Of a stretch of DNA of 64,000 bases, positions 58,872-64,000 are shown in pieces. How positions within the stretch are numbered: the stretch's first letter is position 1; each line of letters starts with the position of its first letter. Source of the DNA: Styela clava (lineage: Eukaryota); contig NC_135260.1 of the NCBI RefSeq assembly GCF_964204865.1, forward strand, positions 496,001 through 560,000, given 5' to 3'. A model generated the notes under the pieces. The model was not told the DNA's origin. It saw nothing but the letters and a program-made list of their open reading frames with translations, and searched no databases. Position numbers and translations under genes: made by a program.

Positions 58872-61800
58872 ATGCGGGAAAGAAAAGCTTGTCGCACGGC
58901 GTCCATTCCTTCGAAGAGCCGGGTTCGAAGTGCTGGCAATGAGATGCGTGGATCTTTGGTTGTTCGTAAATTACATGGTGTTACGTCACCACTAGGTATG
59001 ACGTCATCGATGGATGGAGTGGTTCTTCCAAACGGCGAAGCTTTATCCAATATGAGCTCTTCGAGATTGAGAGAGGATTTGAAACATAAATTAAGGTCAG
59101 TTGCCAAAAATATACATTTACTTTAAGTAAGTTCCTCAAGATCTTTGATACATTCCTTCCTTTCCTAATTTTCAAACTATTCTTTCCATCTTACTATGAA
59201 TGGAAACTTCGTTTTGTTTGCTTGTAAATCATTAGCTAGTGATGAGCGCAACCCGCAACTTTTGTACATTTTGAATAGTTTATAATGTCCGCGTAAAAAC
59301 ACGTATATCAGTAATACGTATATTAGTAATACTAAATAAGTCATTATTGGTAATACTACACCAGAGTTCCCCGACCCGTGGCCCCCCAAGAGGGCCATAG
59401 AGCGGTTGGAAGGGCCACAATTCTAGACGCGAAACTGATTTTACTTTTCCCTTTACAAGAAAACTGCCTGTTCTCCCAAGTTTCATTGCCTGACAACGTT
59501 ATTTAAAGGATGTTATCACTTTATCAAGCGTGAATTGTTTGAACCTAATGGAATTCGGAATATAACAATGAAAATAACCCAATAAAAAATATTGTAATGA
59601 CAAACAGGGATCCACGAGGGCTAAAGACCTCCGGAATTAGGCCACGAGCTGAAAAAAAAGGTTGAGGACCAATTAAATACAGAATAAACTTTCTTTTCAA
59701 AAATGGTAAAATAGCTACCCGGCTAAATGTTGCGTTAACTTTTCTACAAATTATACTTATTTGGATGAGCGTACCCTTGTACTTTGCCAGGGTCGGCCTT
59801 TGCCAGGGTCGGCCTTCACTACAGTGGGGTCCAGTCGGAGAATAAATAATAATCTTGTGATGAAATTGAATTAGCGCCACCTAATATGGCCAACGTGGCA
59901 CCATCGACGAGCGATCTGAAATGTTTAATAGTCGGGTGGCAAATATTGGGGGTTTTATTTGGTTAGCGTGCGTCAAGGTTGCTACATCTTGTGAATTGTT
60001 CTTTTTCTTGTTTTAGTATAGTAGTAATCTTTAAGTTAATAAAAGCCTGGAAAACAGTCTAAATGAGTTTTCCTCGAATGGTTTCGCTACAAAGCTTCTA
60101 CATTCAACACTTTTTAATTGGATACGGAATCACGATTAAGATACGTCACGAGCCTTGTGTGCAGAATAAAGTGCTGATCAATACACGATAATAATTTGAA
60201 TTTCATAATATACACCCAAAATTAACGCGGGACGGGTCAGTGGATTGCAGTGGTTTAAGGTCGGTTCTATATTTGGCAATACCCCTTAACACTTACTTGC
60301 CCTACCTACGTACGTCTCCAGTCCAGTGAGATTATGCAAGAAAATAGGGGAGAGACAGAAATACTTATCAAAACACGACAATTTTTTTTATGAGCCCGCG
60401 ATAGATGATAAATGCACGATATTGCAAGTTGTATTTTTTTTATCAACGTTGATGTTAGCATTTCATCATTTATTAGGTGCGGGAAGATAAAAAAAATAAT
60501 TTCATGGAAATGGATTGGTATTTCGCGACGCATTTATTATCTGACGTACAAGAACGTCGTGACGCACAGTTTAAGAATTACAATGTTAGACTGCGAATAA
60601 TCAAGAAAGGGCCCTTCTATATTTTCAACCATAATTGAAAGATTTGAAGAGCTCTAGAAGAACCTCTTAAGAATGAGTTTGTATGTGGGGAAATTATACT
60701 TTAAATAGTATAAGTACTCTTCTATGAAGTCATGCTTTTGTGTTGCAATGACGTCACCAGTCGTGACGTAACAGAGTATTTGACGAATTTTCTCCTTAAT
60801 TGGCTGTCATTGATCTTTGATCATAGCTAGTGTAATCAGTTGTGATCACCTTACTCCTGAAGGCTCTGCCCTAACCTGACTATATGGATACTAGTATGTT
60901 AATGCCCCACCACTAATTTTTGATTTGTTCTCTGTGACTGTTTTTATCTCAGGTTAGGTAGAATGAGTTAGTTTTTGTCTCACTTCCAACTTCTCCTAAC
61001 CTAACCAGAATCCAACAAAAAGGACCACGAATTAGTGTGCAGAGCATCCCTAGAGGCGGATTTTTTTATTTAGGGAATACGTCACAATATCCGACTTTGA
61101 TATACAAGTTAAAATGTCCATAACCCTATCCCCAGGCTCAATTTACACTAGCATGCTCACAATCTCATGAATATCTTATTATTATGTTTACAGTAACGTC
61201 GAATACGACCAACGATCACTCGAACTGCTAGTCAGGCTTCTAAGGACAGGACCATTCGTTCGCGAAGTCGTTAATGACGAAAACAGGTGAGACGAAAATC
61301 AAAATTCTTTCTATTCGACAGTCTACCCAGTGGCGTATCTAGGGCTGGGCTACTCAACTATTTTATACAAAACTCGAAAATTCCTGGGGTCCGGTCTGAT
61401 GGGAAAATGTATTCATACTGCGCCTAACTATATTTTAGTGACTCTATCTTTTCGGCTAAAAAATTAAGGGAACGCGAGGTATGGAAAACTGAGTAACCGC
61501 AAAATATTCCACATCCTTTTGCATATCCAAAGTTAAATGAAGACAATCCTCCAAAATAAAATAAAATCAGACGCACTACGAATTGGGACCTCATCAAGTA
61601 TGCGCACCAAGATGGCGCACAACCTGAACTCAGGTTGTGTACCAGATTACGGTTCAGGTTGTGCGACATCTTGGTGCGCATACTTCAGGAGTACCACGAT
61701 TCGAATATTTTGAAGGTCCGGATTCGGACTGCGGTCCGCCAGTTGAGTAGCCCTGATCTAGGATGTGGTAGCCATGGCTTGTTCCATAATCGCTGTTTAG

Positions 61801-63208
61801 GCAGATGAGCAAAAACGGCGAAAAGTTTTAATCGTAATATATTTCAATAAAATAATTTCAAATTGGAGACAACTCGCATTTTTACTTGAATAATAACGTA
61901 CGGGTATAGTATTTCAATAACAGTCATTATAAATCGTTAACCAACTATCAAGCGGCGCATTTTTCAACTTTGCCATGGGCGCCATTTTACGTAAAATACG
62001 CCGCCGAGTCTACCTTCTTACCGAAATGTCTGTTTTCAAGGCGAATGCATCGGGTACGAGCGAGTCGCTGCTCGATAACCACTATTGGTTGCTCGCGGGT
62101 CCTATTATTTTGAAAATCCCATTTTTTAATTTTTTTGTTTCGGAAATTTCATAGTTTATTTAGGAGTTCTTTGAATTGTCAGAGTTTAGTACAGTATGTG
62201 TCGTGTTGATGAGACAACTTTTGTTTATTTGCAAACCACGGTCTCTCATGGCCAAAACACAGCCGAAACGCCTCATTTAAAAAAAAGTCAGCGATAGAGA
62301 AGCCCGAATTTGGAGTCGGGTCGGGCTGGGCTCGGGCTCCAGATCTTAGCTCTACCCAGTATGCTGAGAGTTCCTCATAATGCGTTTATTTAACTAAAAC
62401 TGCTTTATTTTACCCGAAACATTGGATAGCAAAGCGAATGACGGTTGTGCACCTAACCCGGGCGCTTCTGCTTCCCCAAGATATCAGTCTGCAACGCACA
62501 TACTTGGAATACCCAGCAAAAACATTATCGCTCGGAACAGTATTTCTTTTTTTAAAACAAGCGACTTCAGGGAATAACACAGGCGCCCTCCTGACGTGCT
62601 TAAAATCATTTGTCATGTATACTGTATATTCTATACTATATATATTATGAACTCTATTCCAGTTCCCTGGGACTTTTTCTGCCTAACGCGTTATTACAGG
62701 TTCCCATTTTTTGTATTTAAAATGTATCTCTTAGACCTACGATGTCAGCATATAATTATTTAATAATTATTCTTGGTATTCTAATATTTAGGAGAAATAA
62801 AAAGCAAAAATAGAAAAAAACTTTTTGGAATTGACGACGAATTGCGGGTGTGCTTGGCACATCCTTGTTTCAATCTCATTTAATAATAAAAACAGGCACA
62901 TATATCGAATTAGTCGTGAAAAATAAGTATGTTATAAAAATGGTTTTTTAATGAATCGTAAGCTGAAAATGAAGTACTTGAAAATTTGTATTGTTGGTTC
63001 ATATATTCACTATATTTTGATTTGCAGACGACCAGACATTTCGCCGCCCCCGCCTTCAATCGATGATCTTTCTGAATCTACAAATTTCGTCAGCGAATAC
63101 GTGGTAGGAAGAAGTCCTTCATCTAAGAATGTGTCGCCGCGATTCAGACAGCGTCCAGTTACCACAGACCCTTCTGTCAGATTTAGAAAAAGTATTGAAG
63201 AACTGAAG
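58872..63208 (+). CDS. Gene C: first two coding exons (58872-59095, 63028-63208) of an unidentified protein with a low-complexity S/R/P-rich N-terminus; continues beyond the window
   Basis: ATG at 58872 with an in-frame TAA just upstream; donor AG|GTCAGT (phase 2) matches acceptor TTTGCAG|A (phase 2); second donor AAG|GTAAGC; frame open across the join. Confidence 0.65.
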
Positions 63209-63406
63209 GTAAGCGGGTGTTCATGATCTTAGTATTGGTGGCTGCCTATCCAAAGATTTGTTCAGAGTGAATACAGAATCGTAAAAAATATACTTTAACC
63301 TCCAAGGATCCGTGGCCGAACTTCTTCCTATACCACGCGTATTCACGCCTTTGTTATCAAATAATTGGTACTTCACGCCTTTGTTATCGAATAATTGGTA
63401 CTCCCT

Positions 63407-63632
63407 AGTATGTGAACCAAGAGGGAGGTTAAGCTATAATTTAATTCCAATTTTCCATATTCTAGTTCTATTACGAGTTTGGGGACTAGCCAAGTGACTC
63501 CCGTAGTATTTGTACCAAAATTATCGCCTAACCCTGTCCTGGTACACATACTACGTTCTGATGTACACCATGTTGGATCACATATTACGGGAGTACTACG
63601 TTTCGGTGTCCGCCATCTTGGTTCACATACTA
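63407..63632. mobile_element. MITE family 1 copy in a gene C intron
   Basis: TAGTATGTGAACCAAG...CCGCCATCTTGGTTCACATACTA. Confidence 0.8.
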
Positions 63633-63803
63633 TGGAACGGAAGTACCGAATAATTGGCCAGAGGTATCTGGAAGTAGAGAGCTACTATTAGCAGGAGTGG
63701 CCGGGATTTTTCCGTTCGGCATTGTCTTTCCAATTTATTACACCATGGGATTTGATTCGGGATGTCCGGCGGAAACATGCCAGACACCGAATCGAGTTAT
63801 AAC

Positions 63804-64000
63804 TAGGGCTGGCAATTTCGGGAAAAACGCTTTAATCGTTAACCGGGTAAAATTAACCGGTTAACCGCAGCGTGAAGTTCGACGTAATTTATCATTTTAG
63901 CTTTTCAATTTCACAATGGTTACAAAGCAATTTCGCGTGATCTTATTCACGAATCGAGATGGTTTTATGATCGCTCTGCTGCAAGAGCTATGCAGCGTGC
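63804..64000. mobile_element. Second copy (inverted) of the 45458 hAT-like element, cut by the window end
   Basis: Reverse complement of ~45915-46122. Confidence 0.8.

Overview
AT-rich, intron-containing animal genomic DNA, not prokaryotic; an invertebrate chordate such as an ascidian is my inference from the gene style. The short ORFs in the track are mostly exon read-throughs or noise. The left 38 kb is a tandem duplication (unit A ~4.0-13.1 kb, unit B ~14.6-37.6 kb) of a minus-strand multi-exon gene, which I assembled by hand from GT/AG sites and exon phases. It encodes a probably secreted, N-glycosylated mosaic protein: Cys-containing N-terminus, coiled coil, CCP/sushi (0 copies in A, 3 in B), MAM-like domain, CCP, and a C-type-lectin-like domain. 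Copy B looks intact from exon 2 onward and has a triplicated sushi exon and a 9-nt microexon. Copy A carries two in-frame stops, a mutated microexon acceptor and lacks that sushi exon. The predicted ligand loops of the lectin domains diverge far more than the flanking introns. Other content: a 47-bp satellite with a 188-bp higher-order period, a near-complete DD41D Tc1/mariner element, many MITEs (one family with YY1-consensus TIRs), tRNA-derived SINE pieces, a ~2-kb non-coding duplication, a dispersed ~45-bp motif family at 40-53 kb, and the first two coding exons of an unidentified plus-strand gene at 58.9 and 63.0 kb.
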